The position numbers and the translations under genes were made by a program. Source: Dipteris shenzhenensis (Eukaryota). From it: a stretch of DNA of 64,000 nt. Shown piece by piece: positions 12,853-27,904 of the stretch (position 1 is its first letter; every line of letters begins with the position of its first letter). Where the stretch lies: NCBI GenBank assembly GCA_047967505.1, contig CM106538.1; one strand, written 5' to 3'. The notes beneath the pieces were generated by a model. The model was not told the DNA's origin, searched no databases, and was given only the letters and a program-made list of their open reading frames with translations.

Positions 12853-14739
12853 GACAAATAGTTGTCCTTACAGAGGGTGGGCCTTGTATGTATGCAAGTC
12901 CATTCACACGATTTGCTCCTCATGCCATATATAGAGGTTGTTGGTGCACCAATCATGTATGAGTCTGAACATTTACAAGAAGGGCCTGCCTAGGATGGCT
13001 TCATATCTAGGATGCTGGGTTAAGTGCATGACTACAAATCTAACAGGGTACAAATACCTCAATGTTAATACCCGTGCGGACTCCGAGGGTTCAATAGTTC
13101 CGTAGTCGACTAGCTTAACTACCAAGTGGCTTTGCTTGAGGGAAGGTTTTCCCCACCTCTCCCAACATTCCTTGGTGTTTTTAATTAAATTTTAGAAAAA
13201 TTTTCACTTAATAAAGAGGGGCTTTTTTATTGGGGGAAATTTTAGTTGATACCCCTTTAAGGCACATGATACATAGGGTTTCCCAGTCCCCGAGGGCCTC
13301 TGTGCCTTGCATGTGTTGTATCTGCTACTATTTCCTCAACTAAATATGGCCACACATCCTTCTTCCCTACAGATGGTCCTTGACACTGAGTCCTTTAAAG
13401 CTCTCCCAACTACTCTTCATGTCCCCAAAGATGGGTCTTGATATTGAGCCCGTACATCAACCATCTAAAGTTCTTTTTACTTCTCTTTATCTCCCTACTA
13501 ATCTTCTTTGAGTGATCATTAAAAGAGAGAGCCTACATATTGGCTCCCACACCATGGAGGTCACACAAGATGTAGGAACACCCATATTTGATATCATATG
13601 TACTAGCCCTTGGCTTGATTAGAATACCTTCTAGATGAGGTCAATTTGTACAATCACATGAATGATGAATTTGATTTTGAATTCAATGCCATATCAAAGC
13701 AAGAGCAGCCACTCTACAAGGCTGAGAATTAGGTCATTATGGAACAAATTGTGGCTCTTCAAAGGCCCACTACAAAGACATTGCCTATATACTACCAACA
13801 TATTGACTGAGGTTCTCTTCCCAAACCCACCACCAAGACACTGCCTACATACTCCACCCACCCCCACTATGTTGAGTAGCTCTTAGCAATTGCCATTTGT
13901 GAGACCACATCAATGTGGCACCAACTCATTGAAGTCTATTGCAATCTATCACCAAATGGACATAACTGTAGGCAACACATAAATGCTTGAAGTATAATTT
14001 TTCACATCTTGGCATGATTGACCTTGATGTCCTACATGCTATTGCAATGTAAGGAAGAGTGTTGCCTCTTCCTCGATGAGGTTTATGTTGGCATCAATGC
14101 CTTGTACTCATTGTGCCCCAAGGTCACTTTCTATCAACCTATGATTGCACTATATGTTTTGCAGGACAACAATGAGGTGCATGAGCCATTCTCTACTCCA
14201 AACCCTCAAGTTTTTGTGACCACAATGACACCATTTGGTTGGAAAATGCAAACAAAGTTCGGTGTAGCCCTAGCATCCTCCATGTAAGAAAAATATTTTG
14301 GTCTCCCAATTTTGAATCCCATCTAGTGTTTGTGAGCCCTTGCCCTAAGTCTTATTTGGGTTTTGAACTGCAATGCCTCAAACAAACCTAGAGCTAAGGT
14401 GAGATATTAACCCCGAATACATAGGGGTGCAAAGGTAACCTCGAGTGACCATGAGCACCAAAGCATGACTGAGGTGGCGGTTGCAATCAAGCAAGAAGGT
14501 TACATAGTGGCAGCTGAGCAGTAAGGTGGCGGTAAAGTATCAAAGTGATTTCAAATACCAAGGCAATCACTAAGAGGCAAAAGTGCAATAATGGTGCATA
14601 GATAGCTAAATCAATGGAGGACCAACACACTTCAAAAGGCACAAAGTAGGATGAACTATTGCTCAAACTAATGTTGATAATTGAGTCGAAGCCATCATTG
14701 CTGCTTAGGCTATTGTGAGGGGTATGTCTTGGGGAAACA

Positions 14740-15900
14740 TGTCACATCCTTCATAGAAGCCTCACGAGAGGATCAAACTTTCATATAACTACCCTCCACT
14801 CATGCTAATTTTTCTTGAGTAGAATGATCCCTTAAGGCTTCAGCTTCATTAATTATCCAAGGTGCATGGGAATATGTTATGTGAAATGAAACTAGAACTC
14901 ATAGAGCTCATCTCATGAGAGAAGTAGAGATTTCATAAGCGAGGGAAAGGGAGATAAAAAGCTACAATAGCATGTGGCCTAATAGTAGTGAAAAACTTAT
15001 CGAATAAGGGAGAGAAGGGCTTATAATTGCTATGTATAGATTCATTTTTCCATCAATCACATAAGCCCATATGTGACCATCCATGTCCTTCTTGGAATTT
15101 TTTGGCATGTGTCCCATCACAAGATGCTCATGACTCTTTAAAGACTTACAAAGTCAAGAGTCTTCTAACATGGAGCCCATAGTCACCCTCTCTTTTTCAT
15201 ATGTCCACATCCTTCATATTCCACATAGGAATTCTAGAAGGATTCCTCTTGATTTCACACTCTTCTACACTCCTCCACAAGTCCCCCACATGCTTGGCAT
15301 GTGATTTATCTTACATTATTGAGCACACATGGACATAAGACCCATTCACTCTCATAGATGTTTTTATCAAAGCTATACTTTTATATTAATATATAATCTT
15401 GGAAAAATTTCATCAAACTAATTTTTTTAGTTTCACAATATTGATAATAAATAATATGATTTTATATATTTTATTTTGGATTTCTAAGTTAAATATGTAA
15501 AAATTCTAGTGAAATTTGTAAAAATTTTGCATAAAAGTTTTAAATCTTGGTGAATAATTAAAGATTTTATTTTTAATAGGGTGTATAAACTTTTGATGCC
15601 AATATAAAAGTTTCATTCTTAATGAAACTAAAATGAAAAAATTATCCATGCTCACTTTTCCTATTTTCTAAAACCCCCATATTACACAAATAACTCTCAC
15701 CCAATACCAAGGTATTTATCACTCATACACAAGGTATTTACAAGGATCGATTCCATTCATCCTCTCATTAGAATACCTTAGAAAATGAAAATAAGGGGTA
15801 GCCACTACACTATTTCTTGATCCTCACACTCTTCACTCTTGTCAAACATATGTAAAAGCGATGCCAATTCCAAATAAAAGTAATCAAATTTTGTGTGACA
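14740..15900. repeat. LTR-like long direct repeat, copy 1 (with an AT-rich insert at ~15355-15650)
   Basis: Colinear with 20095-21200: acatccttcatagaagcctcac...ccaaggtgcatggga, catgagagaagtagag, cttagaaaatgaaaataag, tgatcctcacactctt. Ends tgtgtgaca here and tgtgtcaca in copy 2. Confidence 0.75.
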
Positions 15901-18900
15901 TATTTTCTACCTAGCAAATCCCCAAGCCTGTCTTAGGGTCTATTGTCCAACAAGGTGGCTGATCACATAGAAGACTTAAGCCAATACTCATGGGTACTTG
16001 CCTTGATCAAACAAATAATATTTCATTGGATGAAGAGAAGGCTTTCTTTGATAAAAAATACAAGGCATTTTTGGAGAAATATAAGCATGTCCTTGATCAA
16101 AGACCTGATTGATATTACATCATTAGGTTTTTTATCCAAGCGTCTATCTCCACATCCAATTGAGTAGAATAAAGTAAACATTTTTTGTGTGTTTGTGTCA
16201 ATGGCTTAGTATAGTTTAACATGTCCAAAATCCGTTTAAACTATGTGTGACATGCACCCCCTTATTCACAACATTATCCAGGGTTACATAGCATTCTTTG
16301 TCATCTTCTATGATCACCTTTGATTCCAAGTCAAGATCACTTATAAGTGTCAACATTTCAAGAGCCTCAACATCCTTAGGATCACCACTATAGACTTCAT
16401 CCTTCTAGCCTATGTGGCTTGCTTCATCAATAGCAATTGTGGATCGTTTGTTTTCAAGCTTATCAACATCTAAAAGATCGACACTCAGATAGTCACATGT
16501 TTCAAATCCAAGATTTCAAGGTCTTCACATGGATGTTAACAAGCAAGCATGAAACTCCAACATGATCCAAGCTATCACCTTTATCCATATGATTTAATGC
16601 ATTGGCTATGAATGAGAAAATAACATTTCCAATCTTTCCATATTCATCTTTTGCTTCATATTCATATGTGTCAACCATCAAGAATTCATGCTCACTCATG
16701 AATCTTCAACAAACAATCCAAACACCAAGATTCTTGCCAAACATATATTTGTAGGAGGAAAAACATCACTTAATGGAATGGAAGTGGAGGTATCCTTACC
16801 CAAGCATGGCAAAGAATGAAATTTTGAGTCCCCCTAGTTTGAAATTGCATTAAGAAGTCTAAGAGGGGAGGATACAAACCCGTAATTAATGATTCATCTT
16901 TTGTTGGTGTGACCTTCATAACTAATAGGTTGCTCAATGATCTCTTTCCCACCAAAACACATTGCATCATCCTCTTTTACAGATCTTATTTCTCTTTGAG
17001 GAAAAAAATGCACAACTTTAATATGTTTTTCTTCAAGATTCAAGACCTTAAATTGTGAATCCTTTGCTTTCTGTTGTTATCTTTTTCCCATTTTAATACT
17101 TTTCTCTTTCCCTCATAAGAAAATAGGCAACTCATGTGTGTACTATGTAGGGCTATTTGTATTGAAGCCATTTTCGACCAAGTAATAGACAAAAACTTTC
17201 CATCATTCTTAATGTCTTTTTTTTTTCATCCTAGGACATTAATGGATAGTGCCCCCCTTCATGGCATTCATAGCAAGGGGCCCCAATTATATCTCAAGGA
17301 CTCGCATCACTCCTAGGACCTCTAGGAACCTATGCATTGACCAAATGCAATTTGAAATCGGTAAACTCAGCCACCATCAATTGGGAGATATTATGATCTA
17401 ACATAGAGGACTTTGGCACCTAAGGAGTTGCCTTTACCTCCACCTAAGAAGCCAAAGCTGATGATGTTAGAGTAGACATGAACAAGGATTCTATATGTAG
17501 AGAATCTTCCTTCTTTGTTGCAATGTAGAATGCCTCCATATATAATGTTTAATATCTACTGAGCCAAGACAATGCTCTAGAGCCATTAAGAATTTACTCA
17601 TATTTGTGTGCTCCATCTCTGAAAGACTTTGAGGGGTTGATGATGAAGTGGAATGACTCATAGAACTTACTTTTCATATTTTGTCCACAAAGCTTCATAT
17701 CAGATTCCCAATTCAGAGACCATCTCACTCTTCCCTTGACTTAAGCAATCCAACTATAGCAAGAAAGCATTTGGTGAAGTGATTGTCCTAGATCTTAGCA
17801 TCATTGCAGCCACCACTTGGTGCTAGTCCTCCTTGGTAGAGTCTAGTAAGGCCTCATGCCAACTCAAGGCTACATCTTATGGAAAATCAAGCATGAGCTC
17901 AGCCCAATCCTTCATGGACCATCCAAAAAACTGGCATCCTTGAACAAAATACCAAAGATAAGACTTGTCAAAACACTAGGATCTTCAACATAAAGAAAGC
18001 ACCAAGCTCTAAGCAATCTCCCATAGAGACTTAGTAAACCAAGGCCAAATTATTGTGCATAATCACTTCTTCAAGAATGGGCGTTTATTTTTTGCGAACT
18101 TTTCTTGGGCTAAGCTTGAGTGACTTGATTTTTTTGGTCATTTTTTAGAACATTATATAACACAACTTTTGGGATACTTCACATGATGTAAGGCTCACAT
18201 ATGTTGAGAAACACTTATAACACAACCCTTGATCTGTGTGATCACTTGAGAAGTAAGGTTAGTTGGCAAGGTTCACATGGACATAACGTTTTTCCAACCA
18301 TCATTGTATATCAATACTTTGAACATATATACTTAGTAGTTATTAATAATCAATAATTTCAACATGAGAATAATCAATGATACTAAAAGGGCATCCTTAT
18401 TAGCTTCACATCAAGGGAAAGATTGTCCTAAACAAAGGCAAAAAAAAGGAGCCCTAGATCTTGGCCAAGGGCTGGCCAACGCAATGTGCTTTGGGGGCTC
18501 CATCACACAAGTCTATTCTTGATCATGGTGACATGAAGGTGATCCATAATTGGTGTGCATAATGGATATAAGGTGATCAATGATTTATTTGTTTTATTAT
18601 TAAACATTTTACTCATGTGCATTAATTATACTTACTATCATATTAATTAGTCATTCCTTGATCATTTTGTGTATGAAATGGATCAATAATATCGATAGAA
18701 AAATTTAGTGAGCTATAGAAAGTTGTTTCAAAGGGAATTTGGTAGAAGGAGCTTCATGAGTCCCCCAATTCATTTCTTTTTTGTTCACTGCACAAAATTC
18801 TTACTTTGAGGTCAAAATAAAGATAGTAAGAAAACCATTAAGTTCACAAAGGTGTATGTTTTTAGTGCTCCTTTTCATGTCTTTTCCATTCACAACTCAC

Positions 18901-20094
18901 AAAGGCATGGGCTGCTTTGGCTAGAAACAGATGCACTTCTTCTCCAGAGAAGGTTTTGAAAAATCACCAAAAGGTACCCATGTTTATTGTTATTTCTAAG
19001 GTTTTTGGGCCTTTTGAGCTCATATATGGTGCCCAAAAGGACAAAATATGCATCAATCAAAAGTCTTCTTTAAAGATATATCAAGAAATTTATAGAGACT
19101 TTTTTGTATGGCACAAAATTATAGCATGATAGACCATCATTACTAGAATACATATGCAATGTGCCTAACCTCTTTGCCCATAAGGCTTGAGGGTTAAAAC
19201 TCATCTAGTCATACTCGAAAGAGTGCTACTTTGACCATCTCTTGCAATTTGGAAGACAAATATTTAAGTGAGTAAATTTAAAGGTGAGTAATTTGAGTAC
19301 ATTGTCAAGCAAATGATGATGGGAAAGCTTCCCAACAATTGGCTAAAATGGATTTGGTATCATAGTAGATTGTGTTCAAGAACTATAATGTTTGATTAAA
19401 AGGAAGTTTGATCATCTGCAGGATGCCTCTTATATCTACGTTAGATATAAGAAGACTGATAATTTGTAGGATGCCTCTTATGTCTACATTAGACACTATA
19501 GTATCCACACAAGAATTGGCTAGTCAATATGGGGATACAATTTTTTCTTGCTTCTTATGTACTCTTAGCTATCCTATGCTATAGTTGGTTGAGAAGAGAA
19601 GGTTGCTAGATAAATTTTAGCAAAAAACCCAATAACTACTACAAGATTATGTGAAAGTATTATTGTTCCAACCAATTGTGTGTTGCTTGATTACTATGAG
19701 TATGTGAAGTAGAAGCATGAAAGTACATATTCCTTTTGGAGAGGAGAGGCCTCCCCTGTATAGGGGAGCATTGTGCACCACCCAGGCATTCACCGTGGGA
19801 TGTTCTTATAGAAGATCATTTTCATTATGGAGTTGCATTATATGAATCAACTCTCTTGGATGTTCTCCATTTCCTACATAGTGTATCAAAATGAATTTAT
19901 GCATCAACTCTCTTGTATGCATTTTTCCATTTCCTACATATTGTATCAAAATAAATTTGAGCTAACGTCACATAGCAATGTATAAGTGTTTTCAGAAGTT
20001 AGAATGTGTGATGTCAATTATATTCGCCCTTGCTCGTTCTTGCCATGGCTCGTTCCCCCTTGCTCGTTATTTGGGGTACCTCATTTTAGGAAAA

Positions 20095-21200
20095 CATGGA
20101 ACATCCTTCATAGAAGCCTCACAAGGGTTCAAATTAGCATATAACATCCCTCCACTCATACTAATTTCACCCGAGTAGAATGATCCTTCAAGCCTCCACC
20201 TTCATCAATGATCCAAGGTGCATGGGATTTGTTAGAGTTAGAGGATATATACTCCCAATATCTCTAGAAAATATTGACCCATGTGGTTCAATGAGTGTCT
20301 AAAGAAATATGGCTCTGAAGCAAGAAATCAAGCATGGAGAGATAAGAGATGAAGACTCAAGAGAAATGTCATGAATTGATCTCAAATGTCATGGGAAATG
20401 GAACTACAACTCATAGATCCCATATCATGAGAGAAGTAGAGGTTTCACAAGAAAGAAGGAAAGAGAGAAAATCACGAAAAAAAGTTCAACTAGAGAGGAA
20501 GTAGACCCAAAACTCTATACAAGGGAACATATGCAAGAGGCTCATGAGATGAGCCACAACATGATGTGGCCTAATGATGTGGCCTAATGGTGGAAAACTT
20601 ATTGAACAAGGGAGACAAGGGCTTCTTTTATAGACACTTTGTCACCCTCCTTCACCCAGTTGCAATTACTGTTTGTAGATTCCTTTCTGCATCAATCACA
20701 CAAGCCCGTATGTCACCATCCATGTTCTTCTTGGCTACTGTTGACATGTGTCCCACCATAAGATTCTCATGAATCTTTAAAATTTGAGGTCAAGAGTCTT
20801 CTCACATGGGACCCTCTCGTTTTCATATGTCTACAACCTCCATATTCACTCTTCCACACTCCTCCACATGTCTTCCACATTATTGGCATGTGGTTTCTCT
20901 TACATTAGAGCACATATGGAAATGAGACCCATTTTTTTATATGACTCACTCTTCTTATTTTCTAAAACCCCCATAATATCTCATACACAAATCATTATGA
21001 CTCCATACCAAGGTATTTCTTGTTCATATACATGGTATTTACAATGATCCATTGCACTCATTCTGTAATTCCCTTACAACATCTTAGAAAATGAAAATAA
21101 GTGGTAGCCAATGGATTACCACTTGATCCTCACACTCTTATCAAACTTACATAAGAGTGATACCAATACCAAATATAAGATATCAAATTTTTGTGTCACA
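20095..21200. repeat. LTR-like long direct repeat, copy 2
   Basis: Colinear with 14740-15900. The two copies flank ~4.2 kb of heavily decayed sequence, so this is either one old LTR element or two solo LTRs. Confidence 0.75.
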
Positions 21201-21819
21201 AACCACACAGCCATGCCTATTATAATGAGCTACAAACCCCTATTTTGGTTCAATACATGCTATCTTTTCCCCTACTCTCTCTCTCTATTCTATAGTATGC
21301 TCATTTCCTTGTCTCCGTAAAGTTATGTCCATGTCTCAACCTTGTCTCAACAAGTCCATTTCAATAATGCTTGTTTTCCTGCAGCCAAGCATCAATAGGA
21401 CATTAGTCAAGCTGAGGAGTGTAAGAGAGGGCATATTGGGTGAGAACATGCACCATTTTGAGAACCCAAGGGCTAGTCAACCAAGGATAGGGGAAAGGAC
21501 TGCAACACTATACCCATCCATGAACAAGTATGTCTCATGGATGTCTACTTGGTCAAAGATGCAATCAATGAGAAGGGGATGGGAAATGGGGCCAGTATGG
21601 TTTGGGCATTTATATTTTGGTAGTCCACGCACGCTTGAAGTTTCCCATTTGAAAAACAACCAATCACTCCTATCAATTGCATAGATGGCCCTGGCTCTTA
21701 TTATCGGTCAAGCTAGACTTTCACCTACTTGGCATAGTTGGGCTTTAATCCATACCTTTGTTGATGCACTGGTACCAAGGGGATTTTATGTTGAATAACA
21801 AGAAAAACTATCTTGTAGT

Positions 21820-24360
21820 CACAAAGCACAATGTCACAAAGCAGCTATATAACCATCACAAAGTAGTAAAAACAACACAAGCACATGATGTACTTGAAGT
21901 CACAAAGAAAAAGCATTTAAAACGTAGCTAGAAAGATGTCACAAAGTACTAAAAATTTGATCATGAGCACAACTACACATTATTTAATTGTGTACAAAGT
22001 GCATGAACTTTGAGAAATACTAGAAACATAATTTGAACCTCCATATTACGTTTCCAAAATGTTGCAAACTCCATGTATACATGTCAAAACATAGTGTTGC
22101 CCAATGTAAAGAAATGCAACTTTATTATCAGGTCCACTTTTGAAGTCTCTTACTTACATGATGTTAACATGCCAACTAGGCCATAACACCTCCTTGCCAT
22201 GATGGTGCACAGCGTTGAAGCATTGACAAAAGCAATAAACCAAGCAAACCTAAAGCACACAAGAAGTAATAAGAAAAGCACAGTCATTTGGTTTTGTTGC
22301 GAACTCTTTAGCCAAGTAGTCAAATCCAATGACAAGCATTCATAAATCAATGATAAAGTAGAGACAAAGCACCCAAAAAAATCCCCCAAAGTATTCTAAT
22401 ACAAAAGTCAAAGTAGTGACAAGTCAGTTCTAAAGCGCTCATAAAGTAGCCATGAAGCACTTGGAAAGGGGTTAGTAAAGCTTAGTGATAACAAGGAAAA
22501 AGAAATCACTTGACAAAATTCCCATAAAGGAATCTGATACAGTTTTAATGTTGTGACAAAGCACTAATAAAGGAGATACAAATTAGATACAAATTTTATT
22601 GGGGAAGTTAGAACAACACCTTCACTAGGTTTCATTCATTGGGGGCATGGATGATTATTTTATGTTACTTTCACTTAAAAGAGAAACTCAAATACTAGTG
22701 CTGGAAGTTTGTATGTCCTAACGAAATTAAAGTTTAAAGTTTTTACAAGGATTGGAGACTTTTATGCTAAATATTTCGAAATTTCACCACAATTTACACC
22801 TTTTTTAAACAAAAAATCAAAGAAAATATATAGAACCATACTATATTTTATCAATACTGTGAAATTTAAAAATGACACTGATTGCAATTCAAAAGAGGAT
22901 TTCAGCTATCAAGTCAACCAAGTAGATCAGGATCCTTGGTGCATCGACAGCAGTGCATGGGGGACTCCATATCTCCCCAAGCATCCCAATTCAATGATAA
23001 AGTAATTGAAAAATAAATCGCATGCAATGATAAAGCACCAACAAGTAGATACGAAATTATGACAAAGCACTCAAATGTATTGTTGAATCATTAAAAAACT
23101 AGTCATAAATAAATAACCAAGAAATCCTAAAGACACAAAATATTAGAAAAGCATAATCACTTGGTTTCATTGTTGTTAAGTATCCCCCCAATTAGTCAAA
23201 TTCAATGAAAAGCATTAACAAAGCACCAACACAAATAATGACAAAGCAATAACCAAGTAATCCTAGAGCACACAAAAAGAAATTACAAGAGAACATGCAC
23301 TTGGTTTTGTTGCTAACTATCCCGCCAATCAGTCAAATTCAGTGATGCATTCATAGATTATGACAAGCAATGATGATAAAGCGGCAACACAAATCAATGA
23401 CAAAGCAATAGCACAAGTAGCTCAAACGCACACAAAAAGCACATTCTCTTGGTTTTGTTGCTCTTTATCCCCCCCAAGCATTCAAATTTAGTGACATGCA
23501 TTCACAAATTAGGGACAAATCCGTGACATAGCAATCATATGCAATGACAAAGAAGCATCAAATCAATGACAAAGATGTAATAAGCACTCACAAAGTAGTC
23601 AAAATGCAAGAAAGGACAAGGCACTCACTATTAGCACAAATTTGTGACAGAGTAGTCAAATGCAATGCCGAAGCATTAACAAAGTAGTTGTAAAGCAATA
23701 ACCAAGTAGTCCTAAAGAAGACAAAAGTAGTTTGAACAGCATATCACTCAGTTTTGTTACACACATTCAGGTATAATTGACAAAGCACCAACAAAAACCC
23801 CTCACAGTAGTCTAATAAAATGTCAAAGCAATGACAAAATAGTTCTAATGCACTCACAAAATAGTAATGAAGCACTCAGAAAGGGTAAAGCACCTTCAAT
23901 TGGTTTCATTACTTGGGGAACTCACTATCTCCCTAAGTAGTCAAATTTGGTGACAAATCTTGCACAAATCAGTGCAAAGAAATGACAAAGTAAATACAAA
24001 AATACTTCAAAGTGGTCTAATGCAATGACAAAGCAGCTCTACAACACTCACAAAGGAGTCATGAAGCACTCACAAAGGAGCGAGTTATGCACCTTCACTT
24101 GGTTTCATTTCTTGGGGGCTCAATATCTCCCCAAGCAATCCACTTCAGTGACAAATTTCATAAACCATTGACAAAGCAATGACAAAGTATTTACATGCAA
24201 TGATAAAGCGGTGAAATGTAATGTCAAATTAGTGACAAAGCTATCTTAAGCACACACAAAGTAGTTAGAATGTAGGAAAGGTACAAAGCACTCCCAAGCA
24301 CTCATCATCCCTTCAACAAACGAAGTCACAAAGCAGTATCAAAGTAGTCAAAGCACCAGT
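21820..24360 (+). repeat. Degenerate minisatellite/satellite array (ACAAAGCA / ATGACAAAG / AAGTAGTC units with a recurring CACTTGGTTT...CCCC..G..GTCAAATT higher-order motif)
   Basis: Dozens of tgacaaagca/caaagtagt variants. The higher-order motif recurs at ~23158, 23298, 23447, 23896 and 24096. Confidence 0.75.
22874..22958 (+). mobile_element. ~85-bp Copia gag/protease-junction fragment
   Basis: DTDCNSKEDFSYQVNQVDQDPWCIDSSA aligns at DNA level with 55215-55299 (DTNFNPKEDYSYQVDQVEQDPWYINNGA). Confidence 0.8.
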
Positions 24361-26559
24361 ACTAGTGGAGACATCTTATACAATACCTAACACAATTTAA
24401 AAATGGTAACATTAGAGGATTGGGCAATACCATCCATTTTGCTACTGCAAGGATTTTTCTTGAGCACCCAAGTGACTTGCAAGTGAATCTTCCACACACA
24501 TATTGGCAAAACAAAATTGATGGTACGAATGTCTACATGGAAGCATACATGCAACAACAAACTCCATAGAGGGTGTGTCAATTTTACGAGCAAAAACCTA
24601 TGAGCAGGTTTATCCAAGCTTGTTTTTCAAGAGATTTGAAAAATTGTATTTCCTTAGGAAACATGGTTTTTACACTTTTATTTTCACTAGAACTAGATCA
24701 CTTTATCATAAAAATATACAGAATTGTCACACATTCAATTTTACATAACATAAATTTTCTTCTTCATAGACATCCTTTGTACCCCTATTATTACCTTTAA
24801 AAAGTGTTGAAAAATAATTCCTTTAAGGAACATCCCTCATAATCACTCTCAATGTAATAATATTATACATATTTAATCACTTATTAAACACATTTATATC
24901 AATATGATAAGAGCTTTCTAGTGTTTTAATAGCATAAATAACAAGATATTTATAGATATGTTTCTAAAGAAGTTTAAATTACTATAAATAAGTATTAACT
25001 TGGGCTTACATATCACTCTTATAAAATAGATTTAATATTTAATAATATATATGCAATATTTTCCAAAATATAACCCCATAGATGTTCTCAAATGGGGTTT
25101 TTCAATCAATTTGAGTGGCTGAATGACTATATTTGGACATTCGATGTGAAAGTTATGCCACTTTTCCATGGTAGTTTCGCCAGCGAAACTACCTTGGAAG
25201 ACCTACTTCAAAGGGGTTTCGCAGGTGAAACTATCTTAATGGCTTGCTTCAATGAGGTTTCTTTGGATAAACCCTTTCATGAGAGGGTTTTCAATGTCAC
25301 CCCCTATTAAGTAAAAGTTGTAAGAAGGATCATAAGGGATTTTTCATAGAGAAGTCTTCTCTACATGTGGGTTTCTTCAAAAGTCATCCCATTATGTTAC
25401 TCACCATTCCCAAAGATTCATGTAAATATTTTTGTATAAAATGGGCATTGCTATAATACTTTGCATATTTCTAAAGGAAACTATGTTTTGTTTGGATCTA
25501 TTTTTGCCATATTTTTACATAGTTGGAAGCTTTTTTTTCGCTTCGCTCGGACGCACTGAAGATTTTGTTCGGAAAATGCTCGTCCCCCTCCACAGGCAGC
25601 ATAGCTCTTTGCAGTAATGAGACATATGAGATCATCTTCACCAGTCAAGGCAACTAGTGGAGCTGGGGAATTTGCAATAGGATGGTTTGAATACAGTCGT
25701 TGCATTCAACTTTAGAATTTCAATATTGGCAACTAAATTCTGAAATTGGGTCATCGAGGGTGCTACCACTTTTGAACTGTGCATGCGACTAATAGTAATC
25801 TGGCCCTTCCTCGAGTCTTTCTCAGTTCGTAGTTCTGAAGGCGCACCAACTTGAACCTTTCTTCACGTAAGCATCATAAGTGACATCAGTCTATGGATGT
25901 GTGCACAAAATTGGACGCAATAACAACAAGAGTGCTTAGAGAAAAAGCATGGCCTTCACAAGCCACAAGAGAGATTTGATTTGCAAGGTAAGACTAAGAG
26001 CACAATATTGCAACAGAGGCTGAGAGCACAATGTAGCAAGAGTAGATGTGGTGGCATGAGAAGGAAAGCGGGTTTGCAAGTTGAGGAAGCAGTGTAGCAA
26101 GAGAGGAAGTAGGTTTGCAAGCTGAGAGAGAGTGTGAGATCACGGACTTGAAAGCAGCAGTGTAGTAGGAGACGTGGTGTGCGGGCACTTACAATTGAAG
26201 TGGCTCATGATGTTTTGAAACTGTCACATTAACTAGATACTTCAAACATGCAAGTTGTCAAATCACTTACAGTTGAAGTGGCTTACGATGTTTTGAAATT
26301 ATCATGTTAACTGGATACTTCAAAAATGCAAGTTGTCAAATCACTATGCATGACGGATACATTTGTTTATTCCCCAAAAGTTCTATTCTCCAAAATTAAT
26401 AAGAACTCTTGAAGAGAGTTAAAAGAGTGCTTGTTTTTTCCAGAGAGGAGTTAAAAGAGTGCTTATTTAGCACATGCCTTTTTGCACAAAAAGCGTACCA
26501 ACCACACATGCATACACCCACCAAAGTACCATGGTTGCACAAATTCATCCTTAGAACCT

Positions 26560-27200
26560 GTGAAGTTGCAAATTATAATAGAACAATGTCATTTTTCAAA
26601 CGCCCATTGATATTTTTTATGGTCTCTCATCCCGAAGCTTTCTTTAAGATGTACAAATGTATCAATAGAAGGGTTTTTGGTGAAGATGTTAACCATGTTA
26701 TCCCTGGATGGACAATAGTGAGGTCAATGGTTCTGTCCTCAACACAACCCTGAATGCAATGCTGATGATTTTCAAACCATTAAAGATAATATTGTTTGCT
26801 ATGGCGATGCAACTCTGACTGTCATATTGAGTGGGAATGATCACACTATCGTTTGAATGATGTAAATCATAAGTTAAAGTTCTTCAACCACATGCATTCC
26901 ATAGTGGTTGCATTTGTTGCCTTGTATTTCACTTCACTAGATGACAAAGAGACCCTAGCTTGCTGAGCCATGAAGTGCAAGCTGAACTCAATGAGAAATA
27001 ATAGCCAAAACATTCATCGATGTCCTTTATCAATTATAGTTTGTGTACCCATAAAGGTCAATGTCCTAATTTCGCGTGATTGCGGGACAATGCCTAAACT
27101 GACGGGGAAACCTGTAGCATAGGCAATGTCAAGCCTCGTATGGCACAAATAAATGAGGTTGGACACTTACTACATATAAAGCATCCCATCAAATTATTTT
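26560..27200 (-). mobile_element. Highly decayed Ty1/Copia RT-RNaseH remnant
   Basis: Minus strand NLIYLCHTRLDIAYA (~27117-27161; consensus L.YL..TRPDIAYA), SEVKYKA (~26920; EAEY.A) and VNIFTK (~26675-26692; ADIFTK). Confidence 0.7.
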
Positions 27201-27904
27201 GTTGCGTCATACTTGTTGCGGCCTATTCCAAACGGGAGACGGGAATTAGCTCATACAAACTGAAGGAGCAAAACTTCATTCCAGAAATATGAAGCCTTGG
27301 GTTATGTATAAATCCGCAAACCGACGTAACTAGATTAACCTAACTAGAGTTAATGCATAACCATACCATCAAAATATTCCTGCAAATCACTGCTCAAGGG
27401 TATGGCTGAAGCTCTGGCAATGTCTTAGTAGTACTGAAAGTAACTAAAGTACCTGGTTGCACAAATTAATCCATAGGAATATAGCAACCTATGGTAGTAC
27501 ACAAAAAGATACAAGATATAATAGCCTTAGTAGCAGACTTCAAAAGTGAAATACTAGAACTAGCTCATTGAAGACTTTGTCCACTTTAAATACTAGAACT
27601 AGTTCATAGACATAGAAGACTTCATCCACTTTAAAAAGGGAATTCAATATAGTGGAGACGAATCTGTAATAAGACAAAATGCAAACACCACACCTAATGA
27701 AATCATGAGAAAGTCACAAACTGTACTTCGCAGAAATCAAATGTCTTTTGAGGTATACTAATATGGAGGAAAAGGAGACTGGATTTCTAGAAACTCCCAA
27801 CCTTGTTCACCAAAGCACCTCACTTTCATCTTTTCATTCTCCTGGTCTGAGTCCGCCTCTAGCATCCAACCTTTCAAGAGGAATAGACACTACCATAGGT
27901 ACAC

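Noticed and set aside
13300-14700. Possible decayed coding sequence (kinase- or transposase-like words on the minus strand)
   Set aside because: No consistent motif series could be reconstructed by eye.
25432-25705. SLGRTEDFVRKML as a possible PPR fragment
   Set aside because: Too short, with no neighbouring PPR motifs to support it.
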